DNA of 64,000 nucleotides from the human T2T-CHM13v2.0 reference genome, Homo sapiens, in assembly GCF_009914755.1 (NCBI RefSeq), contig NC_060928.1; one strand, given 5' to 3'. Positions 42,240-56,375 of the stretch are shown in pieces (the first letter of the stretch is position 1; each line of letters begins with the position of its first letter). A model generated the notes under the pieces. It was not told where the DNA came from, made no database searches, and saw nothing but the letters and a program-made list of their open reading frames with translations. A program made the translations under genes and the position numbers.

Positions 42240-42440
42240 ATTTTAAAATCTTAGGTTTCATCTCAGATTTTCTATTGCTGTAATATCTTTGCCTAAGTTT
42301 CATAACTTCTCTATTCCCCATTTTTCTTTTCTGTAAAATATGGTTGCTTTATTGAGAAAATACAGATATTTATTTTCAGAATGATAGCGTGTTTTATGCA
42401 GTGTTTGGTATTAAATACATGGTAAGCCTGGAAGAGTCAG
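42240..42440 (+). mobile_element. MIR fragment
   Basis: TAACTTCTCT...CATTTTTCTTTTCTGTAAAATA core-like motif. Confidence 0.45.
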
Positions 42441-43399
42441 TAACTATTTAATAATTATTAACATTTCTCTGACATTTATTTGGCATTTAAGGCCATCTGG
42501 GACTTGGACCCATGTACTTCTTTAGTCATCTCTTGCTGCAATAACCACTCTACTATGTTACAGCAATTTTATCTACTATTGTCCCCTAAATGCATTATTA
42601 ACTGAAATCTTGTATCAATGGTAACTTTTCAAACATGATATCATCAGATTACTATGCCTTATATTAGTAGATTGAAGAATGAGAGGGCATTTTTTAATTA
42701 GAAACACATCTATCTATACCTGTCTTCTCTTTAATGTCATTTATTATGTTATGCTTGAAAATTATCACAGTAACTAAATTGTTATTAGGGCCTAGGGAAG
42801 AGGAGGTAGGAGATAGCTTTTCTAAATGCCTTAGTCCATTAAACGAGAAGATGAATCTTTATTAAAAGCCACTCACTGAGCTCTGTAACAATAAGTTATG
42901 AATAAAATGTAATTTTTCTTGTATACAAAAGAATTCCATGAGAAGTTGTGTTACATTTAATTTTATTGAAATATTTCCAATTATGGGAGAAATAAAGTAA
43001 GAGAAATACCAGTGAGATTTTCAGAAGATATTTGATATGGAGACGCCGTCACATAGAATGCAAAGGCCCCTCATGATATGAGAAAGATGAGTTGTTAAAA
43101 AGGCAATTTGTTCTTTAAATGACACAGCTCAAAGAAATAACCTTGAGGAGAATAATACTTTATTTTCTATATACAAAATTTTTTAAAAATATGCTATTTA
43201 TATATGTGATACAGTAACGAGGAATTACTGTCATCTAAGTAAATTACTAGAATAAATCAATGAAAATAATTTGAATTTAGCACATATCCTCAAAAAAATC
43301 AGTGGTGGATAACAAAATTTAATCAGGGCAGTTGATTAGGTTGTTAGACTCATGGATTCAGCAAAACTATTTGGGGGGTATATATTCTTTTAAAAAAAT

Positions 43400-46300
43400 T
43401 TTAAATTTTGAATTACCTTTATTTGTTGACAGCCTTTAGAAATATTTCAAAATTTACACAAACGGAAATCCTCAACTCCACTTATTTACATCCTCTTTAA
43501 TTCTTTCAAAATTACCTTTTACTTTTAGAATATAAGTTTTGAAGTTTTAAAAAATTTACACCTATTCATTTATTCTTTTTGATGTTATTTGTAAAGGACT
43601 TGTATTCTTAATTTTACCTTACAATTATCAGTGCAAGTATATAGAAATGCAATTAATTTCATATAACCTTGTATCCTACAAACTTCTTGAATATGTTTAT
43701 TGGAACATAGTTCTAATAGTAATATACTACTAGTAGATTTATTAAAAATTTTAATATAAAAATATGTGATCTATGAATAGAAATAGTTTTTGTTCTTCCT
43801 TTACAATACAGATGACCTTTTTTTTTTTTTCATTTTCTTGCTTAACTTCCCTGGCTAGAACTTCTAGTTCAATGTTAAACAAAGTTAAACAAAGTGTCAA
43901 GAGCAGGTATCCTTATCTTGTTTCTGATCTTAGAGGGAAAACATTTAGTTTTTATCATTAAGGTGCAATTTTAATTTTGGATTTTTTTCATAGATGTCTT
44001 TTATCAGATTGAGAATGTTCCCTTTTCTTCCTTATTTATTGATTGCTTTATCGTAAATGTTGGATTTTGTCAAATGCTTTTCTGTTTCTAAACAAGATAG
44101 TGTGGATTTTGTTATGTTTTTTATTATTGACATGATGTTTTGTACTATTTGATTTTCAGATGAGAATTCACCCTTGCATATCTGGAATAAATAACAGTTT
44201 TTCATAGTGTTTGATCTTTTTTATATGTTGTCATGTTCACTGCACTAGTACTTTGTTGAGGATTTTTATGTTTATATTTATTCATATGAGATTCTGGTCT
44301 GTGGTTTTCTTTACTTACAGTATCTTTGTCTGGTTTTAGTATCAGGGTAATACTGGCCACATAGAATGAATTGGAGAGTGTTCCATTCCCTCATCTTCAT
44401 TTTTCGGAAGAGTTTGCAAAAAGCTAGTATTAATTTTAAAAAAAGGTGTTTTTTTTAATTTTTTTCTTTGTTTAGTGGCTTAGCATATGATTTATCTTGG
44501 AAAATGTTTCATGTATATTCTGCTGTTTAGGAATAGCACATTTGAGTGCTCAGTCTATGTTTGTATTATTGCTCAACTCCTAGATCCTTTTTGATCTTCT
44601 ACCTAGTTCTATACATTACCAAAAGTGGGGTACTGAAATCGCTATTACTGCTGAAATGCCTGTTTCTCCTTCATTTCCTACTGTCAATTTTGTTTTAGGT
44701 ATTTTGAGCTTCTATTGTTAGGTTCATATATGTTTATAATTGTTGCATATTGCTGATAGACTCTATTGTCGTAAATGTCTCCTTTTATCTCTAATAACAT
44801 TTTTGGTTTTAAATTTGATTTTGCCTGCTATTAATATGGGAACGCAAGATTTCTTATGATTGTTTGCATGACATAGTTGGATCTTATTTTGTTGTCCAAT
44901 GTGAGAATCTCTGCCTTTTCATTGATTACTTAGTCAATTTACATGTAATGTTATTATGTATGTATTTAATAGTTGTACTTATATCAGCCATTTTACTTTT
45001 TTATGTTCTCTGTGTCTCATGTCTCTTTTGTTTCCGTATTTCTTATTTTTTTATTTTATGCATTAATTGAATATTTTACGATGTAGTATTTTAATTTTTA
45101 AATAACTTTTTCAACTGTATTTTTGGAAGCTGTTTTCTTAGTGGTTGCTATAGGGCTTACGATGTATCTCTTAACTTATCAGGATCCACTTCAGATTTAT
45201 ATTAACTTAATTCCAGCAAGGTACAGTGACATTTTTTTCTATACAGCTTTATTTTCTCTTACACATTTTTGTGGTAATATTATTAAAAATATTGCATCTA
45301 TAAATGTTGTAAAGCCAATACTACACTGGTATAATTATTAGCTTATATAATTTTAAGGCTTTTCTAAAAGCATAGAGAAGAAAGGGGAGGAAGCATATAT
45401 TTATAGAATTTGTTATGTTAACCTTTATATTTACCATTTCAGGGTTTATTCTTTCTTTGTTTTTTTCCTTGTTGATTTGAGTTACAATCTGATGTCACTT
45501 CCTTAGTCCAGTGCAGCTTTGCTCCCACTCACCTTCATTTGCTGTTGTTAGGAAATATACTACCTTTCTATGTACTATAGGCTCAAAAATGCAATTATAC
45601 ATATTTTATGAGTAAGAAGACACAAGGTGAATTTACATTATCTTTATAATTGCATAATTACTTTTATTGATGTTCTCTATGTGTGAGTGTGTGTGTGTGT
45701 GTATTCAAATCTACAATTAACTCCTTTCAGCATTACGAACTTTCCTATTATTTTTTGTTAGACTTGTCTGCTGGGAATAATTCTTTCAGTTTTTGTTTGT
45801 CTGGTTATATTTTCATTTCACCTTCCTTTTTGAAAGATAATAACACTGGATATAGGCAGTATATTTTCCTTTTTCTCCGAGCAATTTTAATGATATCTCA
45901 TTGACTTCTGGCCTCCATTTCTGATGAGATGTCAATAACCTTTTAGGGGTTCTCTTGTATGTGATGAGTCACTCTTATCTTGTTGCCTTCAGTATTTTCT
46001 CCTTGTGTTTGACTTTAAGTAATTTTAAATTTGATGTTGCAAGTATTTTGGATTTTGTACATTTTAATAGGTATGCAGTGGTATCACATTTTTGCTTTAA
46101 TTTGTAATTCTCTAATGACTTATGATGCTGAGCATCTCCTCATATGCTTACTTGTCATGTGCATATCATTCCCGGTTTGGTGTCTGTTTCGATCTTTGAT
46201 CAGTTTTGAATTGGGTTATTTGTTTTCTTATTGCTAAATTTAAAGTCTTATTTGTATATTTTGGAGACCAGTCATTTATCAGATATATGTTTTCCAAATA

Positions 46301-49300
46301 TGTTCTTCTAATTGGTAGCTTGCCATTTGCAGAGCAGAAGATTTTAATTTAAATGGCACACAATTTATCAATTATTTCTTTTATGGATTATGCTTTTGTT
46401 ACTTTATCTGAGAAGTCTTCACCAAAACCAAGACCATCTATATTTTCATTCTTTTTTTAATTTATTCATATACATTGACAAGTAAAATTATATATATTCA
46501 TGGTGAAAAACATGATGTTTCACATATGTATAAATCATGGAATCGCTAAAAGTATTTAACATCTCCTTTCCTCTTCTATAGCTTCTTTATTTTATAAAAC
46601 ACAATGATATTTAAATCAGGCCAATTAATTGTCGTACAAGGACTCTAAATGTGCAAGTGAAAGGAAGAGTCACAAGTCTCTCACTTTAAATCTAACTGTA
46701 GAAATGATTAAGCTTAGTGAGGAAGACATTTTGAAAGCTCATATAGGCCAATAGCTAGACCTGTCACTCCAAACAGCCAAGTTGTGAGCACAAAGAAAAA
46801 ATTCTTGAAGGAAATTAAAAATGCGACTCCAGTGAACACACAAATGATAAGAAAGTGAAACAGCCTTATTGCTGATATAGAGAATTTTAATGGTCTGGAT
46901 AGAAGATCAAGCCAGCGACAACATTCCCTTAAATCGAAACCTAACCCACAGTAAGGCTCTCCTCTCTTCTATTCTGTGAAGGCTAAGAGAGTGAGAACGC
47001 TTCCGAATAATAGTTGGAAGCTAGCAAATTGGTTCATGAGTTTTAAGGAAAGAAGTTATTTCCATAACATAAAAGTGCAAGGTAAAGCAGTAAGTGATAG
47101 TGGAGAAGCTTCAGCAAGTTATCCAGGTTTAGCTAAGATCTTTGGTGACAATACAGTACTAAAGTACAGATTTTCAATGTAGACATAACAGCCTTGTAGT
47201 GGAAGAAGATGCCATCTAGGATCTTCATAGCTAGAGAGCAAATCAATGTCCGGCTTCAAAGCCTCAGAGGACTGACTAACTTCTGATAAGGGCTAATGCA
47301 GCTGGTGAGTTTAAGTTAAAGCCAAGTTCATTTACCATTTTAAAATCCTAGAGCCATTAAGAATTATGCTAAATCTACTCTGCCTACGCTCTATTAACGG
47401 AAAAACAAAGCCTCAATGACAACACATCTGTTTACAGCATGGTTTCTGAAATATTTTAAGCCCATTGTTGAGACTTACTGCTTAAGAGAAAGGATTTCTT
47501 TCAAAATATTGCTGCTCATTGACAATACACCTGGTCACTCAAGGGCTCTGATGAATATACACAAGAAGATGAACGTTGCTTTCATACTTGTTAACACAAC
47601 ATCCTTTCTGAAGCCCATGGACCAAGGAGTAATTTTGAGTTTTCCAATCTTATTACTTAATAAATGCATAAGTCTTTAGCTTCCATAGGTAGTAATTTAT
47701 TTGATGGATCTGGGTAAAGTAAATTGAAAAACTTCTGGAAATAATCTGTAATTTTAGATTTTATTAAGCTCATAATTTGTGGGAGGGTAGAAAAATATCA
47801 ACATTAACAGAAATTTAGAAGCAGTTGATTCTAAATCTCATGGAAGATTTTGAGGGGTTCAATCTTGCCTGTGGGACGTAACTGCAGATGTGGTGCAGAT
47901 AGCAAGAGAACTAGAATTAGAAGTGGAATCTGAAGATTAGACTGAATTGCTATGATTTCTTGATAAAACTTGAGCGGATGAGGAGCTGCTTCTTATGGAC
48001 GAGCAAAGAAAGTGAGATTGAATCTATTTCTAGTGAAGATATTTTAAACATTGTTGAAATTAAAACAAATGACTTAGAATATTACATAAACTCAGTTGAT
48101 AAACCAGAAGCACAATTTTAGAGGATTGACTTCAATTTCAAAAGCAGTTCTACTGTGGGTAAAATGTCATCAAACAGAATCATATGCTACAGAGAAATAG
48201 TTTATAAAAGGAAGAGTCAATCAATGTGGAAACTTCATGATTGTCTTTAAGAAGTTGTCATGGCCACCCCATCCTTCAGCAACCACAACTCTGATAAGTC
48301 AGCAACCATCAACATCAAGGCAAGACCCTCCACCAGTAAATAGATTATAACTCACAGAAGGCTTAGATAATTGTTATCATTTTTTAGCAATAAGGCATTT
48401 TTATTAAGGTATGTGTATTGTTTTTGGCATAATGCTATTGCACACTTAGTAGACTATACTAGAGTGTAAACATAACTTTTATATGCACTGGAAAACCAAA
48501 AAATTATGTGACTGTCTTCATTGTGATATGTATTTTATTGCAGTGGTCTGGATTTGAACCTACGATACCTCCACAGTATATTTGTATTATCTGAGGTGCA
48601 GATGCTTGTGAAGTAGCTGGGGAGCCACAAATGAGAGCACAGGCATGTGAAGAGTTAGGCTGGTCCCAGGATTGAGCCAGGACCGAGTTCTCTATGACGG
48701 CTGATCTGGTGATAGCATTGTGAGTATAAACCCACAGGGAGGGCTTGGCTCCAGGGCCTGGGGTGCAAACTAGCTGCTATGGCGATGGCTCTGGTATCTG
48801 AGATGTGAGCAGTTTCATCACAGTCACAAAAGCCTGATCTGGAGTGTAGGCATGCAAGGAGCTGCCATGACCCCAGAGTTAGGACATGCATGAGGTGGGA
48901 GAAGTGGCAGCTCATTTCCTAAAGTGGCGCAACAGTGGCTACTTCTTGGGTGGAGGAGGGGTATGCAGCCACGTCTTCCTGTCTGGAATTCCCCAGCAGG
49001 AATAGCTGTTGGTTACCTCAGTGGCTAAAGATTTCAGTGTCATCTGAGGAGCAGGCCACTGGCAAACACAGTGATTCCAGCACTGTAGCCCTTACTGATA
49101 GCCCCTGCCTTTGTCCTTTCTTCTTTGCTCCTGTCTCTGTTTTGTTGTTTTGTTTGTTTTATCTACTGTGTTGCTGCAGACCTTTTAATAGGCCCTTGTA
49201 CCCTCTCTGGGTTATTTTGGTTTGTGAATAGCTGTCTATATTTGTGTTTTTGTAGGGCCATAAAGGCTGGTATCTCCTACTCCACCATCTTGGTGATGCC

Positions 49301-49305
49301 ACTGT
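43400..49305 (-). mobile_element. Old L1M (L1MC/L1M4-like) fragments including the 5' end, interrupted by Tigger1 and other L1M pieces
   Basis: Antisense ORF2/ORF1-like T-rich blocks at 43400-46030; 5' terminus CTCCTACTCCACCATCTTGGTGATGCCACT at ~49274-49303. Confidence 0.65.
46560..48584 (+). mobile_element. Tigger1 DNA transposon, left end missing, transposase pseudogene
   Basis: CAAGTGAAAGGAAGAGTCAC...GAAATGATTAAGCTTAGTGAGGAAG; ORF 47416-47679 has the pogo DDE motifs [12 protein letters not shown] and PMDQGVI; degraded right TIR followed by TA. Confidence 0.92.
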
Positions 49306-50987
49306 CTAGATTTTCATATATATATATATATACTTTTAAAGAGTCATTTGCATTTCTCTAATTGTTCCTCTTCCTGCTTTGAAGCATACACTATCTTTTA
49401 CTATATCTCTGAATATTCTAATTTTATAGCTTTTTCTTGAAAGTTATTTTCTACTCTTTAGTTGTTTATGACTACACCAGAATCAGTTTCTTCAATTCAG
49501 ACACTGTCTTTTCTGTTGCGAGTGTTTAAACTGAAGTGATGAATCCTGGTGTTGACTCACTTACTAGAATGAATAATTAGGTGGAATTTCACAATAATAT
49601 TAAAGGGAGTGTCCTTTTCTGCATTATACATAAAAAAATGTTTCACCAAAACTTCTTCTCCTTGGGAGGGAAACTGTATGAGGACAAAACCAGGGTGTGA
49701 TAGCCCTGCTGTTTTATTTGAATGTATCCAGGCAGGGAGCTGTTTTAACTGCTCCACTCCCACAAAGTAAGAATTCTAAGTGTTAGGTAAATATGAGATA
49801 TTTTATATAGCAGGCATTGTGTATAGAAAGCCTTCATTAGCCCTTCTTTTTCAGTTCCACACCTCATTTGTCACCTGTATCCTAAACATCAACCTAAGCA
49901 TCCTATAAGACTTGAGCAAAGAATATTCACTACCCCTTCCATTGCTTCCATTGCCACCTTACCCTCTCTGCTGGCTGCCGCACATCTTCCCAATGCATGA
50001 ATCTTCTCTCTGCTCCCCACCTCCACACTGTTTCTATTTCTTTCACTATAGTGCTTTTATTTCTTTTGTATCCTATATTGCAGTTCCGGTGCCTCATCTG
50101 ACTGTTTGACCTGAAAGCCTAAAAAGGATTTTAAAATATTATGTCTTAAAATCGGGAAGTTCCCACATGAAAGTAAAAAGAAAGAAAAAAAGAGCCAACA
50201 AAATATTGCTGAATTGGCATAGTTGCTATGGAATTTTATATGTTTGTTTATATGTGAAATGAAGATATAAACTGTTGAAACAAAGAATAACATAAAGGCT
50301 ACACTGGGCAGTGGATTTCACTTTCAAAACATATATAACTAAATCCATAAATTATTTAAAATACTGATGAGAAAACAAAACAACATAATTTCTTAAGTCA
50401 TATTTTTATATTCGTTTTCAAGTAGAAAATTATTGAAATAATAAAGCCTGTGCTAAAGGGATATGTCTAGACAATGTGTATTAATCCTCATACTTAGTTA
50501 AATGTTAGTAAATCTTATTATTATAATTATCTTTTTTTTGAAAGCAACAGTGAAAACTAAATTGGTTATAGATTTTTCTATTTTGATTTTCACACTAAAC
50601 ACATGTACACCTTAAATTACATTGATTAATAGATACTATTACCTATTTACCCATTGTAACAGCAACATATTTCCTGGTAGCTAGAGAAGAGTTGGCAGTA
50701 GTACTTATTACTTTGTAGTTTCTTTGAAGCATCACCTTAAGTTCTACTCTACTATTGTCATGCATTTTACTTGGTCTTTAGTATCAATTTCTCCTATTTC
50801 TGTGTAAAAAAATAAATATGGGGGAAGAAATGAGTAAGAAGGAAGAACTGTGAGGAAATTTACTGCAGAACTACTGAATTAAGAATATTATTGCCATAGC
50901 CTAAAACTCTTCTAAACAACGTGACCACCATTGAGGACAATTGTTCATTCACAATGAGAAGAAATCCAGACATCCAGATGAGAAGCA

Positions 50988-50989
<2 letters not shown>

Positions 50990-51021
<32 letters not shown>

Positions 51022-51048
51022 TTCTTTCTCTCTCTCTCCTCACACACA
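50990..51048. repeat. (CT)n polypyrimidine microsatellite
   Basis: Directly visible. Confidence 0.9.
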
Positions 51049-51697
51049 TTCAAGTCTTGGGAAATTATCTTTTACTCTACTGAAACCTTTAATGAACATT
51101 TTGTTACTATGCAATTTTGTCAGGCATATATGTAAGTAGAGTCTCCAGATCAGTCAGATTAAAGTGGGGGCAGAAGAAACAAAATAACTTCAGAAGAGGA
51201 CAGGAATTTCTGTGCCTAATAGAATAGTGATATCTTCCATATATTCATATTCCCAAAGGGAACCATGGGGTCATGATTTATAAAGTATGAAAGAATTCGA
51301 AGTGATTTCCTCTTTATTTTTCTATATTATTTGTAAATAAACTATGTTTGTTGGTGTTCTTTAGGCAATTACGTAAACATTTTCATGGCAGCTATGCCCA
51401 TGAAACATCTACTGAATGCTACTGATTAGAGACACTTTCATTACTTAGTATCAGTTATTACTGATTATAGAAGTTGGTGTACTATTATCTTTGAAAAGAT
51501 GTTCTTTAAAGGTAATTAATTCTGCCTTAATTCTGCAGCATCAACTTTTTCTAGGCTCTGAGTAAAATTAAGCATGGTGTGGTAGGCAGAATATCAGATA
51601 CCCAAAGATGTTAATGTCCTAATCCCTGGAACCTGTGAATATGTTATGTTACAAGCTAAGTATGATTAGGCTTGCAAATAGAACTAAATTTATTAAC

Positions 51698-54600
51698 TGC
51701 CCACTCAGAAGGACAGAGCAGCATGTAGGAAACTTACATAATGAACTTTTGCTGCAGAATTACTGCAGTACTATGCCAGGAAAGCAGAGAGAATCCACAG
51801 ACCCTCCGAAGGAAGTGGATTGCTTCTGCAGGACCTGGGAAACAGCCCAAATACCGTGAGTGCCCAAGCTGTTTAAGTGGGAAAGGGAAATCATCCACCC
51901 CCAAACACACACCCTCACTGGGGAACCTGAAGGTCTAGATCATGGGAGAAGGATGTGACCTTACCTGGAACTGAGTCAATTTAGAGAGCTGAGCAAAATA
52001 CAGGGGCAAAAGAAACAGCAGGAAAAGCCCTGTGGGCTCTCTGGATCCCCAGAGAAACCATTTATGACTTGTCACACAGGGGTCCTTGGGGAGGGCTGCC
52101 AGAAGAACTCCAAAAAGACCACAAAAAGGAGGAAATCTCCAGATGAACTTTGTAACAATTCCAACCCTATATGAAGTCTCCTGGCCAGAACTCAGGGGAG
52201 GGCCTGAATCTGGTGTGCAGACTGCACAGGCAGGGGAAGAACCAAAGCCCAGATTCGTTCTTACAGGCCACAAAACAAGGCTCAATAAATTTAAGAAAAT
52301 TGAAATTATACCAAGTACTCTCTCAGACCACGGTGGAATAAAACTGGAAATCAACTCCAAAAGGAACCTTCAAAACCATGCAAATAGATGGAAATTAAAT
52401 AACCTGTCCTTCAGTCAACAATGAAATCAAGATGGAAATTTAAAAATTATTTGAACTGAACAATAATAGTGACACAACCTATGAAAACCTCTGGGATAGA
52501 GCAAAGGCACTGCTAAGAGGAAGGTTTATAGCCCTTAAACGTCTACATCAAAAAGTCTGAAAAAGCACAAATAAACAATCTAAGGTCACACCTCAAGGAA
52601 CTAGAGAAACAAGAACAAACCAAACCCAAATCCAGCAGAAGAAAGGAAATAACCATGATCAGAGAAGAACTAAATAAAATTGAAACAACAACAACAAAAA
52701 CAATACAAAAGATAAATGAAACAAAAAGATAGTTCTTTGAACAGATAAATAAAATTGATAGACCATTAGCAAGATTAACCGAGAAAAGAAGAGAGAAGAT
52801 CCAAATAAACTCACTGAGAAACAAAACAGGAGATATTACAACTGACATCACTGAAATACAAAAGATCATTCACAGCTACTATGAACACCTTTACACACAT
52901 AAACTAGGAAACCTAGAGGAGATGGATAAAGTCCTGGAAAGATACAACCCTCCTACTTTCAGTCAGAAAGAATTAGGAACTCTAAACAGACCAATAACAA
53001 GCACTGAGACTGAAATGGTAATAAAAAAAATTACCAAAAGCAACAAAAAAACTCATGACCAGATGAATTCACAACTGAATTCTACCAGACACTTGAAGAA
53101 TTGCTACCACTCCTACTGACACTATTTCACAAGATAAAGAGGGAATCCTCCCTAAATTGTTCTATGAAGCCAGAATCACCCTAATATCCAAACCAGGAAA
53201 AGGTCATAACAAAGAAAGAATTCTACAGACCAATATCGCTGATGAAGATAGATGCAAAAATCCTTAACAAAATACTAACTAACTGAATCAAACAGCATAT
53301 CAAAAAAATAATACACCACGATCAAGTGAGTTTTGTACCAGGCATGCAGGGAGGTTTAACATACGCCAAGTCAATATTGTGATTTGCCACATAAACAAAA
53401 TTAAAAACAAAACAATCACATAATCATCTCAATAGATGCAAAAAAAAAAGCGTTTGTCAAAATCCAGCATCACTTTATGATTAAAACCCTCAGTAAATTT
53501 GGTATACAAGGCCCTCTGCAGTTTTAGGATATAAAATTAATGTACACAAATCAGTAGCTCTTCTATACACCAACAGTGACCAAGCTGAGAATCAAAACAC
53601 TCAATTCCTCTTACAATAGCTGAAAAAAAAAACCTTAGGAATATAGTTAATCAAGGAGGTAAAAGACTTCTACAGTAAAAACAAACAAACAAACAAAAAC
53701 ACTGTTGAGAAATATCATAGATGACCCAAACAAATGGACACACATCCCATGTTCATTGATGAGTAGAATCAATATTGTGAAAATGAAAATACTGCCAAAA
53801 GCAATCCACAAATTCAATGCAATTCCCATAAAAATACCACCATCATTCATTACAGAACTAGAAAAAACAGTGCTAAAATTCATATGGAGCCAAAAATATC
53901 CCACATAGCCAAAGCAAGACTAAGCAAAAAGAACAAATCTGGAGGCAACACATTACCTGATTTCAAATTATTTTATAAGGCCATAGTCACCATAATAGCA
54001 TGGTACTGGTATAAAAATAGACACATAGACCAATGAAACAGAATACAGACCCAGAAATAAGCCCAAATATTTACAGCCAATTGGTCTTTGACAAAGCAAA
54101 CAAAAACATAAGGTGGGAAAAAGACACCCTATTCAACAAATGGTGCTGGGATAATTGGCAAGCCCCATCTAAAATAATGAAACTTGATTGTCATCTCTCA
54201 TTTTACACAAAAATCAACTCAAGATGGATCAAATACTTAAATCTAAGACCTGAAACCATAAAAATTGTAGAAGATAACATCGGAAAAACCCTTCTAGACA
54301 TTGGCTTAGGCAAAGATTTTATGACCAAGAACCCTAAAGCGAAAGCAACAAAAACAAAGATAAATAAGGAAGACTTAACTAAACTGAAGAGCTTTTGCAC
54401 AGCAAAAGGAACAGTCAGCAGAATAAACAGACAACCCACAGACTGGGAAAAAAATCTTCACAATCTATACATGCAACAAAGGACTGATGTCCAGAATCTA
54501 CAAGAACTCAAAGAAATTTGCAAGAAAAAAGCAGCAATCCCATCAAAAAGTAGGCTAAGGACATGAATAGTTAATTGCCGAAAGAAGATACACAAATTGT

Positions 54601-55611
54601 CAACAAACATGTGAAAAAATGCTCAACATCACTAATGATCAGGGAAATGCAAATTAAAACCACAATGTGATACTACCTTACTGCTGCAAGAATGGCCATA
54701 ATAAAAAAATTAAAAAATAATAGATGTTGGCAAGCATGTGGTGAAAAGGGGAAACTTCTGCACTGATGGTGGGAATGTAAACTACTACAACCACTGTGGA
54801 AAACAGTGTAGAGATTCCTTAAAGAACTAAAAGTAGAACTACCATTTGATCCAGCAATCCCACTACTGAGTGTCTACCCAGAGAAAAAGAAGCCATTATA
54901 CAAAAAGGATGCTTGCACACGCATGTTTATAGCAGCACAATTTGCAATTGCAAAAATGTAGAACCAGCCCAAATGCCCAACAATCAATGAGTGGATGAAG
55001 AAACTGTGGAATATATATATTATATATAATATATAATATATAATATATAATATATTATATATTATATATTATATATAACATATTATATATTATATATTAT
55101 ATATAACATATTATATATTATATATTATATATAACATATTATATATATAATATATATTATATATACGTATATATTATATATGTGTATATATATAATATAT
55201 ATTATATATACGTATATGTTATATATGTGTATATATATAATATATATATATAAATGGAACACCACGCAGCCATAAAAAGGAATGAATTAATGGTATTCAT
55301 AGCAATATGGATGGAATTGGAGACTATTATTCTAAGTGAAGTGACTCAGGGATGGAAAAACAAACATTGTACGTTCTTACTCATAAGTGGGAGCTAAACT
55401 ATGAGGATGTAGAGGTATAAGAATGATATAACGGACTTTGGGGACACAGGGGGAAAGGGTGGGAGAGGGGTAAGAGATAAGACTATAAATTGGGTTCAGT
55501 GTGTACTGCTTGGGTGATGAGTGCACCAAAATCTCACAAATCACCACTAAAGAACTTACTCATGTAACCAAATACCATCTGTTCCCCCAAAAGTTATGAA
55601 AATTAAAAAAA
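51698..55611 (+). mobile_element. L1PB1-like element lacking ORF1 and the RT core
   Basis: L1PB-type 5'UTR joined at ~52265 to the ORF2 endonuclease; ORF2 fragments; L1PB1 3'UTR (AAATCACCACTAAAGAACTTACTCATGTAACC) and poly-A. Confidence 0.88.
55010..55252. repeat. AT-rich minisatellite with a perfect palindrome
   Basis: 28-bp period (AACA at 55077, 55105, 55133), 45-bp period (CGTA at 55166, 55211), palindrome 55029-55076. Confidence 0.95.
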
Positions 55612-56139
55612 AATTACTAATTAGCTGATAGGGAAATTATCCTGGATTTTCAATGTATGTAACTACCCAACATAATTACAAAGATCCTTAAATGTAGAAG
55701 AGGGAGTCAGAAGAGAAAGCTGGAGTTATGTGGTGCGCAAAAGACTAAACACATCAATATCGGCTTTGAAAATGCAGGAAATGTGCCATGAGCTAAGAAA
55801 TGTGAGCAGCTTCCAGATGCTAGAAAGATATTTTTCTCTAGAGCCTCTAAAAAGGAATACAACACTGCCTGGATGTTTACTTTTACCCAGTGAGACCCAT
55901 ACCAGACTTGTGAGCTCCAGAATTTTAAGAAAAGTTGTTATTTTAAGCCATTTAGTTTGTAGTAATGTCTTATAGCTACAAAAGAAAACTAATACACATG
56001 GTAATGTTTAGCTCTTATAGAAACTCCACGAGCATGCTAACCAAAAGTATTTCTTTTCTCTACATATTTTTATTATTTATGTATGAAAAGTTGCCCAAAT
56101 TCCATTTATCTTCATAGTATCTTGTGGAGTTTTCTTTTG

Positions 56140-56375
56140 TAGAGATACTGTAACTTTGGGGTTAGACATTTGTATTTTAATTCTAGCTTTGCCATGTACT
56201 AATTGTGTAACATTAAACAAGCTAAAGTAAATGTCTACATCTCAGTTTTTCCAGTTGGGAAATGGAAATAATTATACAGTCCCCAAAGCATTTGGAGGAT
56301 AACTATATAAGATAATGTATGCAAACTGTTTAATATTATATATGGTCAGAGACGTTAAATTAGTGGTTGTTACTA
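56140..56375 (+). mobile_element. MIR
   Basis: TTCTAGCTTTGCCATGTACTAATTGTGTAAC...CTCAGTTTTTCCAGTTGGGAAATGGAAATAAT core. Confidence 0.7.

Larger units (their letters stand above)
51578..55996 (+). mobile_element. MLT1E-like MaLR LTR split by L1PB1 (parts 51578-51697 and ~55612-55996)
   Basis: TGTGGTAGGCAGAAT...CCTAATCCCTGGAACCTGTGAATATG start; resumes CTAATTAGCTGATAGGGAAATTATCCTGGA; ends GAAAACTAATACA. Confidence 0.8.

Noticed and set aside
52250-52280. Spliced L1 integrant (SpIRE) explaining loss of ORF1
   Set aside because: As I recall the 5'UTR consensus, no GT donor follows the junction. An AG microhomology deletion is simpler; not confirmed by alignment.
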